Shown: piece after piece, positions 33,050 to 47,125 of the stretch
Position numbering within the stretch: the first letter of the stretch is position 1
How the letters are laid out: the number at the start of each line of letters is the position of its first letter
Program-made: the position numbers and the translations under genes
Assembly: GCF_018977255.1 (NCBI RefSeq)
Contig: NW_024704755.1
Location: 15,810,001-15,874,000, forward strand
Direction of reading: 5' to 3'
Source: Callorhinchus milii
Lineage: Eukaryota
DNA length: 64,000 nt
The notes under the pieces: generated by a model
The model's input: only the letters and a program-made list of their open reading frames with translations
Database searches by the model: none
What the model was told of the DNA's origin: nothing

Positions 33050-36000
33050 ATGTTGGCGAGTGTTGTGTTTCAGTGTCTGTCTCTCATGTGGATCATTCCT
33101 AAAGGTTTGTCCTTATTCAATATCACAGTTTGCTGAAAAAGGACAAGGATAAAGTTCTTATTCTAGTTGTATCCATTTATGCAGTGTATCGTATCTCTAA
33201 CTTACTCTGTGTTTATCTCTTTGTCGCAGTACTTTTCTTTCAAAACAATATTTGAATTTATTTCTGACAGTTGCTGACGGGACATCGATCCAAGTAACTC
33301 AACATCCCGAACACGTCGCTGTAAACATTGGTGAAAGTATGAAGTTCTCCTGTAACTTCCCCGACACTAAGATTGTAATAACAGGGAGAGAGTGAATACC
33401 TGAGAAATGATCCTAAGAAAGAATTTGGTCAGGAAAGTACAGGAAGAGCCTTCCTCAAACTCTTGGATGTGCACCACCAGGATTCTGGAATCTATTACTG
33501 TGCAGCGGTGACTCCGGGAAAAACAACAGTAAATGGGACTGGATCACATTTAACGGTATATGATGAGTGTCATTATAAGGCAGAGAGCTTAACTATTTAC
33601 TCACGCCACCGGGATTCTGGAGCCTATCACTGTGCAATGCAGACTGACTCACGAAAATGTTTACTCGATCAGTCATTTACATTTATGAAAAGTCTCTCAT
33701 TGTTGGGGGAGAATCTTAAAGCGCTTTACAAAGGCTGAGGGGCTGCCGGAGCTGAGACCGAGCTGGGAGGGGAGATGGCCACAAGGACAGTCAAACTGGT
33801 GTGTCTTCAGGTGGGATTTGCGAGGAGAGAGGGAAGGGCGAGAAGGATGGATTTCGGGAAGGAGTTTATAATGATTTATCATCTAAAATATATTGGTTCT
33901 TATTATTCACCACAGTCTGTCGAGTGTAAGCTCAAATTCGTATGCATTACATTTCGTGTGCCATTTCTATGCCTAATCCACTCATCTGTCTCCCTCTCGC
34001 TGAAGGCGCTTACAATCTTTTTGCAATAACCAAATGCAAGTTCTACATTGTTATTTATTTTGTGAGTCTTGTAAACTTCGAAACTATCCCCCATATACCA
34101 TACTCAAGATTAAATAATGTTGCGAAATATTATAGGTTAGTGGGAGTTGACTTAGAAAATTACACTAATAGCTGTTGAGTTTCATAATTCACTTGATAGC
34201 TGTCGTGAGATATTATTGTGCACAAAATTGTCTGTCGCGTAGGAAAACAAATACACGCAATACACTTCATAGTTAAACCTGCGAAGCGATTTGAGACGTG
34301 ATAAGGCGTTATATCAAAGATTTTTATTGCAGTGCCCCCAATTCCTCTGAATAATTCGTGCAAAGATCCTCAAAGACATCCTTCTGTGTTTCGACTCTCG
34401 TGTGTAAAACAGCAGCGTTTTACCCGAGAATCTCACCTTCACATGGTTTAAAAACGGCACAGAAATTACAACTGGGATACATACCACTAAACGACAGAAC
34501 ACTGAGGGACTGTTTGAAGCTTCCAGCTCTGTGGAGGAGACACAGTCTGTCCAGAATGGGACAGTTTATACCTGTTGTGTGTCTCACATCAGCCTCCAGA
34601 CTCCAGGAATTCGCAACTACACCATTTGCACGGTTTACCTTCCTGACAAAGGTAGGAATACAGCAGTCTCAGTGTCAATTAGCGTTAAGGGTCTTCGCAA
34701 GAGAATTTTCTTCTTTTAATTCACACCATGAACGACAGCCATATAATTTCCTTCATGTAAAATATAAACCACTTTCACCTTTTAATGCATAACATTTGAA
34801 TTGCTATGAATGCAAAGTATCACTTGCCCTTGAAAATATTCACAATTCAGATTTCAAACCTTTCATTTACAATATATTGTATTCAAGAATGCGATATGAA
34901 ATATGAATTTCCACCCCATTTCATAACTAGGAGTTGCTTTATGTCCCCTCTGTTTCACTTCAAGACCTGTCTTCAATATCGCCATTATATTAAATAACTT
35001 CAGTAAAATAGATGTCTCTCTCTCCAGCTGTCTCCCTGCAAAATAACTGAGATACCTGCCCCCGTTCTCCTTACTAATAATAAATATATTCACCCACAAA
35101 ATATAGAATCAAAAATATAATTTCCTACAAAGCACTTTGAGACACCAGCATTATGTAATGAGGCATTATAACAATGCAATACTTATTATTTATTATTATT
35201 CCCTGGAGGTTTCATTGTCTACAGCTTTTTCTCCACAAAATAATTAACTTGCTTTCTCATTTCCCCTATTGTTCAATAAAAATGATCGAATACATTTTTT
35301 TAAAACGTAATCCGATGGCGAAGCAGGAGACAAGTCACATGAGACATCCCGGTTTCCATTTTTTAAATGGAAAAACATAACATCGTAATTTGCCCTTAAA
35401 CACTTTTTTTTCAAGAGGATTGTGTAATTGCTGAAACTCTAAACCATAAGCTCATAATGTGCAGCTCCATCTCTCATCTCCCGGTTTCCAGACCAAACAG
35501 TCTCCCAAATCAAAAAATCCAGATGCTGCAAATCTGAAAACAAAAACAGAAGTCGTTGGGAACACTCAGCAGATCAGGCAGTATATATGGAGAAAGAAAG
35601 TGAGTCCTGTTCTGACGATGGGTTGTGGACCTGAAAAGTTGACTAACTTTCCTTTCTCTATAGACGCTGCCTGACTGCTGAGTGTTCCCACAGACTTCTG
35701 TTTTTATCCCCAAACTGGTGGCTTACCCTATGACTGTGGGGCATTACTGTGCAAAAATTGGATGCCGGGATTGCACAAAAGTACACGATCACAATATTTT
35801 ACAGTCATTGTATAAAGCGATTTGAGATGTCTTGACAATATAATATATGGATCATTGTATCATTATTATGATCTTTCCTACAGAGGAAAATAAACTTCGA
35901 AAGTGGTTACAGATCGTTGGACCTGCAGTGGGGTTGGCTTTGTTGGTGCTGTTAGTGTACTTTAGAAAGCGATCCAAATTAAAGAAAACGAAAGGTAAGA

Positions 36001-38902
36001 ATTAAATAATTTTGTTCCGGTTAATAATGAATGCTTGATTTTAGTACACGTAAGTGTGCAAGTGTGATATTCCTCCAGTAACCCAGAGACTGCTTGTTAT
36101 AGAAAAATCGACCTAGACACTCTAAGGGTCCAATAATTTCTCACACTTTTCATTCTCCATTGGCGATTCAACAAAAATTTCATTTATGATATTTCATTCA
36201 TTTTAGGATTACACAGGAAACAGAATGATTCGAACAATCTTAACCAGCAGGTAATAACCATCCCACATGGTGTTTCATACCTAAAGGTGATTGATAACAT
36301 TGAAAAGGATTGTGTTGTTTATAATTATATGAGGATGTTTTCAAAATATTACTTACCTGATTGCCCGCTTCACTATGTCATTCAAATTGTGTTCACACCA
36401 ATATAAGGCACCAATGCAACATAGGTGACATAATGTTCAGGCCAACCAGGCTTGAGAAAACATTCCTGTACATTGAGTTAAACATTGAGAGTCGCAGTTT
36501 GTGATTCACAGGCAATGTATGGAGGAGAAGCTGAGACAGTGACTTATGTCACACTGGATATGAAAAGTTCCAATAAATTTTCAAGACCGAGACATCAGGA
36601 AGACAGGACAGTTTACGCCAAGGTACAGCTGAAAAGCATGACATCGACACTTGCAATCGTATTATTCTAACCGTAATGGATTGAAGCCCACGTGCCTCAT
36701 TTTGGCCATCTCACTTCAGGGTAGATGTCAATTCCTGCAGAAAAGATTTCCAAAGCATGGTTTGTTTTCATTGGAGCTAGACGGTCAAGAGGGGATCTGA
36801 TGGAAGTTTACCAAATTAGTAATTATTTTGACAGTGTATATAGAAATAAACTATTTCCTTTGTTAAGGGGATCATCAAATAGAGGACATGTATACGATTG
36901 TCACAAGGAGCGAAAGGAAACTTTAGCAGATTGTTTTCACACAAGGTGGTGTTTTGGTAAGGCGGTAGAAGCAGATTCTATCATGAGTTTCAAGAGGTAA
37001 GTACATAGGGATATGGAATATATACTTAAATGGGCCTCTAGTTCGATTATACAGGAACACTGCAACTTATCCCATTTATCATTTTTTTTATTCGTGAGCC
37101 TAGATAGTGAGTGCAGCAAACTAGGCTACTCGACAGACATCACAGCTGACTGGAAACTGTTTCATGCACCTCTTTCGAACAGACAATTGGCGCATCGCAC
37201 AGCACCTCAGATTTCCCCCTTCCCCTCCCCAGAAAAGGGGCATTCAGGTCATTGGCCACCCTCCCTGGACAACTCTGGGAGGGAGCTGAGCACCACTGGT
37301 TTCTTACAGATTGGTTTGGAACAGCACAGTTGTCTTTACAGTTGAGCTATAGGAAATACCATGTAGGAGATTCCAGTGAGTATTTCTTTTACTGTGTTTG
37401 AATTTTCATATAAAGACTGAATGAATTAAATTCCAATACCTTGACTTTTATAGATCAAGCAAAAGGTGGAAAATAACAAGCAGATATATGCTTCTTTGGA
37501 GTTTTCTGGCCTGGAGAAAGCAGGAAAACCTAAGAGAAGTGAACGCAATACAGTGTATGCCGCGGTGCAGGTGAGGAATCGTGAAGGACATTGGAAGCGA
37601 TTTCTGGGGAACCAAAATCAATGATGCATTGAATGGTTAGCTGTGGGAGCTGATTCTTAGAGCAAAGTGATGGGAGGTTCCCTACCATATAAAGTAATGT
37701 ACAAAATAGTCCACAGATGATTTCCAACCCCACACACTCCTGCACCCACCCCCACACGCATATCAATGGACGCTGAGCTCAATTACAGCTGCCTCCCTAT
37801 CAATCATGGATGGAGCCAGGTACATCATAATGCTTATGGCATGGAACAGTTGGCTTTATCAACTGCATTATGGGACTAACCAAGGTGGAGATTTATATTG
37901 GTGAATGTTTCTATGATATTTCTGAACTTTTTACATACAGAGGGAATTAACTAATTTACCAATCCTTCTCTTTCACAGACCAAGCAAGCTGCAGTCAGTA
38001 ACAACCTCACATATGCTACTCTTGATTTTTCTGACTCCAAGACAACACAAAAACCTAACCGCAGTGATGTGAATGCAGTGTATGCCGAGATACAGGTGAG
38101 AAAGTATAGCAAAGTAATCTACAGGAAACTAAGATCTAATGTCACAATTTAATAAACCAATTCTTAGTATATTGGTTATATTCTCTGTCATGGACACCCA
38201 GTCCACTCACGCTACTATTGTGCTGCTAGTCCATCATCATTATTCCCAGAGGAAACTACAGTTCAAGAATCATACAACCATTCGAGAGAAGATAAATAGA
38301 CCATTCTTACCAAACAAAGCTATGTGAATGTATTTTCACACCAATTAACCCAATCTAAAATTTCCATTCATTCTCCAATCCATACAGCTTTTCCCTCTTT
38401 AAGAATCTGTCCTTCCTTTTTCTTGGTTTACATAGATTTTGACCTTCTTGTCCTTCCTTTGCATAAAGAATTTTTCTCACACCGATCCTTCAATTTTCAA
38501 TTTTTGTGATTATCTTAAATTTATGCCCTCTACTAACTCACAGCTGTGTCTTTCTCCACACAACCAAGTAAATGCAATTCTCCTGCTTGCTCCACAACCT
38601 TGACCTTTACCTAGAACTATATGTAGAAAATTATCAGTAGTTTTTCAAAGTTGGACAAATGGATAAGCTAACAACGTTACCAAAAATTGGCTTTACAGGC
38701 CAAGCAAGGGGCATCCGCTAACAAGCTGACATACGCAGCTTTAGAATTTTCTGCATCCAAGAAAGCAGAAAAACCTAAACACAATCACAAGAATACAGAG
38801 TATACCAAGATACCGGTGAGAAAACAGAAAGGAGCAATAGAGGCCATCTCAACAGAACAGGATTCACATAATGTTACAATGATAAGTGCAAAAACTGATT
38901 AG
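33050..38902 (+). pseudogene. Gene 3: inhibitory-type receptor with disrupted V and C1 exons but intact TM and five cytoplasmic exons
   Basis: Leader 33050-33104. V 33271-33562 has a 14-nt deletion removing WWK and a donor GT>AT at 33563. C1 34333-34651 has two 1-nt deletions (319 vs 321 nt). Intact: TM 35884-35994, cyt1 36207-36250, cyt2 36512-36622, cyt3 37454-37570, cyt4 37979-38095, cyt5 38699-38902. Confidence 0.85.
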
Positions 38903-40094
38903 AGTACAATACAATGTTAATCATTCCATACAACGTGGACTAATGACCCACGTTGCAAATCAATTGCATCCGTCAAACATAACTGTAGTTATTTGTGGTC
39001 TTTTAAATATTTTAGGAAGTTTCTTGTAGAAATGTAGTCCTGGACAAATTTATTTTTGGATTTAAGTACTAATGTGTGATGTTTTATATTTATCTGATAA
39101 TGTCATTAGACCTAACGAGTAAATTCTTTAATTCAAACTATAATCCATTTAAATAAGTTTAGCATCATTCATAAACTATAATCAATTTAAATAAGTTTGG
39201 TGTTGTATCATGTTTTATCACCTTTTTCAAAGTAATGCTGTATCATTTTTGTGAATTTTTCAATAAGGAACAATTCCCAAGCACAACATGTGTGATTTCT
39301 GCATTAATCACATTGTGTTTTTTTCAATATTCACCAAGTGGGGTGTGTGCTCGCTTGAAATCTGTTTAATAAAATATCAAAATAGCTAAAAATTGCTCAA
39401 TTCATTCTTCAGCAGTAAAATGATTGAGGTGTGGGTGTTCTACCCGTGAAGTATCTGCTAAAATGTACGTGACATGAAGTAATTAGGCTTTACTGTTATT
39501 TTTGTGGTTTATGATACTGACACTAAATGATTCCATTACAAGTGTCTCACACTCTTGGGCTGAATGTAGAGTGTGGTTTTATGAACTTTTCTCCACCATG
39601 AGCGGTTTCTGCATTATTCAGCATGTAGGCGGCTGCAGCTATCAGGCCTGAATTCTACCTATTGTCAATCCTTAAGACTAATATATTCTTACAATGTAAG
39701 ATTAATGTGCATTACAATGTGTAGACAATGTGACACATAATCAGTTTTAATTTGAAAGTCGTTTCTTGTTGAGGATTACTGGAAACAATCTTCCAAGACT
39801 GCATTGAAAAACCTTGAACGTTAATGTAAATCTAAATGGAATTTCAAGCCTAATGTTTCATGATTAATGCAATCAATAACAGGTGCTGACAATTCAATAA
39901 TGAACTCATTCTGTACATCTTCTGCACATGTTCTCTTTTATTATCTGTGCCCTATATTGGACTCAACAGTGGGTTCACTTTGAACTCCAATCACTTCTGT
40001 TAAGTTGTCCGACACTATTCTTTCACACATAGATTCGGTGGGCCTGTTTTCTTATTTCCTATTAATAATGCAACTCATGATACAATTATTCATT

Positions 40095-40378
40095 GTTAGA
40101 GCACTCGCCTTGCAAGTGAGATACCTGGGTTCAACTCCAGGCAGGGCGAAACCTTCGGCAAGTTTCCTTACTCCACACACCTGATAATCCCTCCAAAACA
40201 AAAAAAATGGTCATTTTCAATCCACGACTGTTTGTGGGACGCTGCTGTGTGCAATTGGCTGCCACGTTTCACCCACAAATATGGTCAATTCACTTTACAG
40301 TCTATTCTATGACGCGCTTTGAGAAGTCGAGAAGAGGTGAAAAGCACTATATCAAATGCAAGGATTATTATTATTACA
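40095..40378 (+). mobile_element. Short tRNA-derived SINE, head-truncated, at the site paralogous to 16307
   Basis: TTAGAGCACTCGCCTTGCAAGTGAG..(ATT)n with the same flanks as the unit A copy. Confidence 0.8.
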
Positions 40379-43329
40379 ATGCTTCCCGCTTTAACGATAG
40401 ATTTAGGATACGGTGGTCCGAGATAACATTCCAGTATATTGTTGAGGGTAATGCTGCATTGTTTATAGTGCTGTCATTCAGAAGACACACACCTCCTACA
40501 CATCACATAAGGATGAGATGTTCTGAACCAAAGGGCCAAATTTGATGCGGAAAGGAAAGATGACAGCAATGGAATGGCAGAAGACACAAACCAGAAGCAG
40601 TAAAGGGTGAGGAAACGCACGGGAGGAAGTAGAAAGGTGAAGGATATCAATGGGGTTTGAAGTTGTGAAAGTAAATACAATTTTCAGTACTAATAAATGA
40701 GAACAACATTAAAAAGTGATTATTTCTTGGAAAACGTATGTTATATGGTTGCGTGTGAATTGGGAGGACAGGTACAACTGACCCAACTGCCCACCCCCCA
40801 CCCGGTGTGATATTTCATGTTTAATAACCTGTTGCGGGGGCCGCACCGCTGCAAACTTGATTTTCTGTACTCAGGGCTTCTTCTATATATACAAAATCAC
40901 TTGTGAGACGTACTTTTTCACATCTCATACCCATCTGCTCAAACAGCTTTCATTTAACACAACGAACCAATCGTATAACACGCTGCTTTACAGACCATGA
41001 GGAACATTTGGAAACATGTTGACGTGCCCTGGTACAGAGAGAGCGTTTGTAAAGCAGATGAAAAGCTGAACAGAAGCAGAAATACTCCGAATTAAGAGAG
41101 CGCGGAATTAGCAGAACAGAGAGAAACGCAGCGCTGCACACCAAAGGCAAAGTGAAATAACCATTGATAATATGTTATTAAAATGTACAATTAAATACTC
41201 TGAAACCTTTTCTTGTAACATCCTTCATGTTGTCACCTATTTATTCGCATCCTCTACTGAACACGCGACACAGTGTTGGGTTACGGCTCTTTGGGTATCA
41301 GCAAATACATCGCAAACTGACCATTCATTGCGGCTGAAGAAATGTTATTCTTCTCCTGTTTTACGTGTTCCCGACTGGGAATTTTCCACCTGAGGAGACA
41401 TTGCAATAAGTTTAGTAATTTTAAAAAGTTTTACAATGAGTATTGTTTTACAGAAGCCTTTACCGGAAAACTGATTCTATAATTTAAACATATTTCTGCC
41501 GCGTTCTCAACTTATTTTAATATGTTAACATTTGCAGTTGGTGTTCAGTCTGAACCTAATGATTGAGCTCCTAAACATAGAGCAGGAAATTGAAACGGAA
41601 CCATAGCGGCTGACGCTTTTCTTACAACCACATGGACTGTCCTCGCCATTGGCTTAAAGTTTCGTTCACTGAAACCCATTTGTCTCTGAAGCAAAAAACA
41701 TTTGCGATCAATGAATTCCGTTAACTCTTCTGCCGTGTTCACCTTGTCTATGAGGTTAATTGAAATACGAGTTTGGAAACCGCAATCTGTTGCTGCAGAG
41801 ACAACTCTGCGATCAACTGAACTGAGTTTACTCTTAAACCTCAATTGTTAACATTCACTTATCACAGCGTTGTCACAAAGCTCTCCCCTCCTCGTCCATT
41901 TACTTCCATTCTGCCCTGAACACTACACTAACAGTGACCACGATATCTCGAGTATCCGCATCATGGATTTATTGATTATAGTTATCCTGTGTGTGTTCCT
42001 CTCATCAAGAGCAGCTTTCGATTTCAGATCTAGATTTGTTTTATTCAGGAATCACGTGGATGTATGTTTGTGTTTCTTTCACTATGGAATACTGCTAGAA
42101 AATAGTTTAATTTGCAGATACATTTCAGCACTGCATTAATTCCTTCCATCACCAGCTGATCCATAGTTGATGAAGTTTTATCACGCAGTGAAAGCGCTTC
42201 ATTGGATTTAATGTCCTGACACTTTACACGTTTGGCGATCATGGCAACCAATTTGCGCACAGCAAAGTCCCACAAATAGATATGAAATACATTCTCATAT
42301 TTACCTGGGGATATTTGGCAAGGAGAGCGTGAGAAAATCTTTTCTTTTCTCCAGTGGGGACGTAGGATATTTACGCCCAGCTGTACAGGCAAACAGAACA
42401 TCGGGTAATTATTTCACTTAAAAGATTGCAACCGCATAAGAGGATGTTCTAAAAGTACTATTTTCAAGATTGCGCCCTTTATCTTCTGACTCAGTAGCCT
42501 GAGTGCTGAGCCAGGCTGATGCGTATTGCTCATCCTTGCATTTGAATTTGCGCCTTTATCGAGTTGAAACGTTTCAAAACGTCTTGCTGTTACGCTGAGT
42601 GACTTGATTTGCAAGCAAGCTGATGTTCACATGTAGAGAAAACTCACAGTTGATTCAACAGTATCATTCAAAATAAGATTTAGTGCACAAATTTTTACAA
42701 GAATTCGAATGTACTCCAAAATCCACCTAAAGCTGACCTATTGTTTGGAATCAGGTGAATGTGGTGGAAGGAGGAGAAGCAATAACAACAACAACATGAG
42801 CTAGGAGCTCCAACACCAAATTGATGTTATGTCAATATCAGTATCATTTTCTTTAAAATTAGTCAATGACCTCTCTGTTCTACACATAGTTGTGTTATTC
42901 ACATGTGTCTGTCTGAAACATGTTCTTCATATTCCAAACTTAAGTTGGAGATTAAAACAATGCAGGTGTTCATAATGTTACGCAATGAAACAACCATTGC
43001 TCCAGGCCAATTTCCGCATTGTGGATCCTCATAGCGCTTAATAGTGCAGGTGCCTGACGCCCAGCGAAGGGGGTGCGACGGTACACACTGTCAAACAGGA
43101 AGATGTGAAGATGGGGAAGGAAGAGCAACAACAATTTGCAATTATATTGCAGCCCTCACGCAAAGTAGCGTCCAAGAGCGCTTGAGTGTGGTGGAGCCCA
43201 TTGGAAGGAGGAGCAAGGTCGAGGGACTGAAGGCTGGTATTGCAACGTTTCGGGGAGAATCCCCAAAAGCGCGGCTGCCGATACTGGCGCACTCTCAAAT
43301 CGATGCAGGCTACAATTTTGTAGGCTAAG

Positions 43330-44600
43330 GACTAGGGTGCATTCCCGGACATAATCTTCAGGTCCATTGACAACTCTATTGTGGCTGTTTCCTGCTCTCA
43401 CAGTAGGCTGGAAAAATTCACCAATTTTGCTTCCACCCTCCAACCCTCCATAACCTTCACATGGTTAATTTCTGACTCTTCCCTTCTCTTCCTCACCTTC
43501 ACCGTTTCCATCTGGGGCATGTGATCAACAGATATCTTTTACAAGACCACCAACTCACACGGTTATCTGAATTACACCTCCTCCCACCCCACCTCATGTA
43601 AAGACTCCATTCCCTTTTCCAAGTTCCTCCACCTCCACCGCATCTGCTCTGACGATGCCACCTTTCACACCAAAGGTGCTGAAATGTCTTCTTTTTTCCT
43701 CAACCGAGGATTCCCAACCACTGTAGTAAGCAAGTTCCTTGTCTGTGTCCACCCTATTTCCCGCACATCTGCCCTCAACCCTTCCCCATATTCCCAGAAC
43801 CATGATAGGGTCCACCTTGTCCTCACCTTCCACCCCACCATCCTCAACATCCAACAAATAATTCTTTGCCGTTTCCGGCACCTCCAGCGTGATCCAAAAC
43901 TAAATATATCTTTCACTCCCCTCCACTCTCAGCATTCCCATGGGACCTTTCGCTTTGTGACTCCCTGGTTTATTCCTCCATCACCACCAACAGTTGCTCT
44001 CCTCACCCCGGCACTTTGCCATGCCAGCAAAGGAGATGCAATACCTGACCTGTCACCTCCTCCCATTCCACTGCCCAGGACCCCAAACATAGTTTTCAGT
44101 TAGACAGCAATTTATGTGCACTACCATCAATGTAGTATATGGCATTCGCACAAACATGAAGAATAGCACCTCATCTATCTGCTCGGGAACTTACAGCCCT
44201 CTGGCTTCAATATTGGTTTCAACAATTTCAGACCATAAAATCTTAACTTCCTCTCCCCCTCGTCTGTGTACATTACCACATCATCTCTGACCCAGATACA
44301 CATTTTCTCTCTCTGGCCTCCGATTTTGTTCCAAATTCCCACCCACCCCCATCACTTTTGCATCGTTAACACCTCTTTAACCCATCATACACTGTCCTCT
44401 ACCCTATTTTCTCCTTTGTCTTCCATGCCTTGCCTCCCCACTTCCCCTCTCTGTCAGCCCTTAAAAGCCTCTCTCTCACAAGATACCCCAGTTCTGACGA
44501 AGGGTCGTGGACCCGAAACGTTGACTCACTTTCCTTTCTACATAGATGCTGCCTGACCGGCTGGGTGTTCCCAGCGACTTCTGTTTTTGTTTGAGGTGTT
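43330..44600 (+). mobile_element. Decayed Penelope-like element (RT C-terminus, GIY-YIG remnant, 3' repeat with hammerhead motif)
   Basis: ORF 43684..44103 FFLNRGFP..LVLTFHPT..RHLQRD; remnants resembling the GIY-YIG region (VVYGIR; HLIYLLGNLQPSGFNIGFNNF); terminal repeat at 44489-44600. Confidence 0.8.
44489..44527 (+). ncRNA. Minimal type-I hammerhead ribozyme motif (Penelope-associated)
   Basis: AGTT-CTGACGA-A-GGGTC GTG GACCC-GAAAC-GTT-GACT: core CUGANGA/GAAA, 5-bp stem II, palindromic ACGU stem III, stem I AGUU/GACU. Activity is not shown. Confidence 0.7.
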
Positions 44601-47125
44601 ATGAGTCTAGTCCGAGAGAAGGGCTGCAGAGCACAGGAGGGTCTGCAGCTTCCGTAGTGAGACACTGGGAGTCTCGGCAGCCAAGGAGAGCGGGAATGAT
44701 TGATTCAGGTGATGTTGTGAAGATGCCGGAAACCTGAGCGATTCATAGCCAAGAAGGATTGTAGCATTTTGGGTGTCAGCCGGTGTCAGACATATGTGGG
44801 AATGCATCACCATGCATAGCAGTATCCAAACCAAATGCGAGTTCCATGTACATCACATACACATGAACAGTTCTGTGTATGGAAAGTGGAAGTGCAAGTG
44901 GAAGCATATAGATGAGGAAGAGGAGTGAGCTTATGTTATATGATACACAGTATCAAGAGCATTAGCAAAAGAGAGAAACATGGTACCCTACACAATATCC
45001 AAAACCAAATTTAAAAGATCAATTATTGAAATCTAATACTGAAGGGTTATTTATGATTATAATAATCTTTGGATTCGAAACAGCTATAAAATTAAAGCTG
45101 TTCATAGGCAATTATAGTCAGCTATAATTATTGTTCATAGTCACTGCATTTTGTGTTCTGTTTGAGACGTCCTCCACAAGTGAAATGCGCTATTTCAAAA
45201 GGAAAGATTATACTATTTCATATTGGAGAGTGCAGCTCTACAATGCTTTCCTCGTCTACGAACTTAATTCAGATGTGAGTGTGATATCAACTGAGCTAAA
45301 TTTACACTTAAACCATAATGCTATTATACAATTATTACACTATTATCACAATGCTCTACCCCTCGCCATCTATTTATGTCCAATCTGCCCTGAACACTCC
45401 ACCTTGCAGTGGTCACGATATCTTAGGTGCTCAGCGTCACAGAATTATTGTACATAAGTGTGTGTTGCTCTCACCAAAATCCTTTCACGTCACATCTAGG
45501 GTTTTTTTTTATGAGTGAACCACGTGGATTTATGTTTCTTTCACTTCAATAAGTGAACTGCAGAGGGAGGCAAAACTACAATATAGTTTCAGCTGCAAAT
45601 AGACTTCAGCACTGTATTCATTCTTTTCATCACCAGCTGAGCAATAGCGATACTGACAATCATAATCCTCCAATTTGATTAAAGTCTTATCACGCATTAA
45701 AAGTTGGTGACAGTGTTACTCAGAGTTTAATGTACTGATACAATACAGGAGGCGAACGCGATAGCCCATTCGACGCAGCAATGTCCACAAACAGACATGA
45801 AATAAATTACCACTTTTACGTCGGGATGTTTGGCCAGGAAACCGGGACAAAATCTCTTCTGTTTTCCAGTAGCGACGTCGGATATTTTACACCCAGGTGA
45901 ACAGCCAACCCGGACTTCAGGCAAACGTTTCACTCTATTAGAGAATGTACTGAAAGTACTCTTGTCAACATTGAACCCATAATCTTCTGACTCAGTGCCC
46001 AGAGTGCTGAGACAAGCTAACGTTTATTGTTCATTTTTACATTTCACCTGGTGCCTTCAAGCAACAAAACGTCTTAAAACGGATTGCTGTTAAGTTAGTG
46101 ACTGTTTGCAAGCGAGGGCGGCAGAGAAAATGCACTGTCGATTCAACAGTATCATTCAAAACAATATTTAGCGCACAGACTTTGACATTAATTGGAAAGT
46201 AATCCCGAAATCCATAGAATAAAATTCACCTTCTATTCTGTAATTAGCCGAATGCAGTGCACTCAGGAGCATGTTACATGACAGTGCCTTGAGTGTACAT
46301 GAGCTGGAGCTCTAACCTCAAGTTAACGCTATGGCAATTTCAGCATCATTTTATTTACAACTATTTAATCGCATCTCTTCCAGCTACAAATAGTTTGCGT
46401 TATTCACATGTGTCTGTCTGGAAGATGCTCTTTGCAATTCATTAGAAGGTTCAAATGAAACGTGTGCTCTATCACGATGCAATGAAACAACTTTGTTGTT
46501 TCGAGCCCAGAGCCAGTGGAGCGGAGGCGGCGGGAGCGGAGTGGAGAGTAAACAGGTCGGAGAGGCAGTGAAGGACAGTCAGGGAATGTGTGCTCATGTA
46601 AACCAGTGTGAGGATCTTGAAGTCGATCCATTCTGTGATAAGGAGCCAGTGTGGCCTGGCAAGGCTTGGGGGGATGGCAATACACAGTTTAAATTTGTGC
46701 ATTAATTATTGTTTTGAATGATAATATTGAAATTTCAGCACCTGTTAAGTCAGTGTGCACAGTGCACAATGTCCGAGTGACTCTCGGACACCCCACCATA
46801 GGGGCTGTCCGAGAGTCAGTTCAGAGGAGGAAGCAACAAGAATCATCCCAAGGGTTAGAGGAACGATCTATCAACAGGAATGGACAAGCTGTGTTCTCCA
46901 GACTTGTCAGAAGGCGACTCATTCGGGTCTCTCGGGGTCTCACTAATATAATACCTTTCACATAAGGCGATAGTCTGAAAGCATTTTATAATATCAGAGT
47001 TGGAGCCCAACTGCGCCACAGGGACAGGAAGTCAACATCACTCTCACACATCTCATCTCAACTGACTGCAACCCCTTGTAACAGATCAGTGACCGCTTTA
47101 GGGTTTGTCTCAGTCAGAGATCAGG

